Assembly (NCBI GenBank): GCA_964022095.1
Contig: CAXHZO010000003.1
Coordinates: 64,001 to 128,000 of the forward strand
DNA from: an uncultured Arcobacteraceae bacterium
Lineage (GTDB): Bacteria > Campylobacterota > Campylobacteria > Campylobacterales > Arcobacteraceae
Reading direction: 5' to 3'
DNA length: 64,000 bases
Below are positions 63,163 to 64,000 of the stretch, in pieces. The stretch's first letter is position 1, and each line of letters opens with the position of its first letter. A program made the position numbers and the translations under genes. A model generated the notes under the pieces. It was given only the letters and a program-made list of their open reading frames with translations. It had not been told where the DNA came from and did no database searches.

Positions 63163-63582
63163 ATGAAAAATACAATTATACGGTTTTTTAAAGATAAGTT
63201 TTATATTGAAATGGCAATTGCGTCAACTCTATTTCTAATTGCATTAGCTACAAATATGCTAATGGAGTTTATTATATATATGCTTTATTTCATAATCTTT
63301 TTAGAAATTGTAAGAGCAGTTGTAAATTATATAAGAGAGCAAAGAGTTACTATGAGTTTACTTGTAGATGCTTTTATTATTTTAGCATTAAGAGAGTTTA
63401 TTGTTAATGTTGTCAAAATTAATGTTGAAGAATTAAACTCAATTGAAGCAATTTTTGCAAGTTCTGTGAACTATAATTTAATGATACTATCTGGAGTGAT
63501 TTTATTTTTACTTTTAGTTAGATATTTATCTGTTAAGTCTTCTCAAAAATATCTTTTAAAAGATATCGAAAAACCTGAATAA
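63163..63582 (+). CDS. PsiE-like membrane protein
   Basis: Four TM segments; LEIVRAV..Y...LVDAFIILALRE pattern. Confidence 0.7.
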   Translation: MKNTIIRFFKDKFYIEMAIASTLFLIALATNMLMEFIIYMLYFIIFLEIVRAVVNYIREQRVTMSLLVDAFIILALREFIVNVVKINVEELNSIEAIFASSVNYNLMILSGVILFLLLVRYLSVKSSQKYLLKDIEKPE

Positions 63583-63585
63583 TAT

Positions 63586-64000
63586 ATGATTTTATATCAC
63601 GAACCTTTATATAGGCCTCCTGCTGAGGCCTATTCTGTAATAGTACAAGCAACACTAGGTTGTAGCTTTAATAAATGCACTTTTTGTACAATGTATGAAA
63701 CTAAAGAGTTTAAAGTTAAAGCTTTAGATGAAGTCTTCTTAGATATAGATAAATTATCTTCTATTGATATAAATGCAACAAAAATGTTTTTAGCCGATGG
63801 TGATGCCCTAAGTTTACAAACAACTCATTTAATAGAAATTTTAAAATATGCATACAAAAAATTTCCAAAACTAAGAAGAGTGAGTATTTATGCAAGTGCT
63901 TTTAACTTATATGATAAAACACTGGAAGAATTAACTTTACTTAAACAAAATGGTTTAAGCTTGATTTATTATGGAATAGAATCAGGTAATTATAATATTC
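63586..64000 (+). CDS. Radical SAM protein, N-terminal part (runs off the window edge)
   Basis: Manual translation MILYHEPLYRPPAEAYSVIVQATLGCSFNKCTFCTMY...FLADGDAL...YYGIESG with CxxxCxxC; not in the ORF track. Confidence 0.88.
   Translation, partial: MILYHEPLYRPPAEAYSVIVQATLGCSFNKCTFCTMYETKEFKVKALDEVFLDIDKLSSIDINATKMFLADGDALSLQTTHLIEILKYAYKKFPKLRRVSIYASAFNLYDKTLEELTLLKQNGLSLIYYGIESGNYNI

Overview
AT-rich chromosomal segment of a Campylobacterota bacterium. Gene content and protein style suggest a marine or halotolerant Arcobacteraceae (inferred, no search run). Most of it is core genome: partial ppk2, ychF, recO, thiL, truD, ruvA, ddl, a Mur ligase, the S10-spc ribosomal cluster to secY-map-infA (no rpmD, no alpha operon after infA), aspS, two divergent adenylate kinases, alr, uvrC and tRNA-Pro(TGG). 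Accessory parts are a secreted pentapeptide/polysaccharide-deacetylase pair, several unusual chemosensory proteins, and an osmoadaptation locus (ectABC-regulator-ask divergent from proV-proW-porin-proX, plus a MerR/HspR-like gene). The strongest leads are: (1) a SRAP/HMCES protein whose catalytic N-terminal Cys2 is replaced by Pro, divergent from uvrC; (2) an HsrA/CosR-like atypical response regulator inside the ectoine operon, with three TTACA-N7-TGTAA-type palindromes at an exact 22-bp period between ectA and proV; (3) a 42-bp-phased double operator between a small HTH gene and a degenerate uracil-DNA glycosylase. No CRISPR array, rRNA, integrase or transposase was seen. All family calls come from motif recognition by eye.
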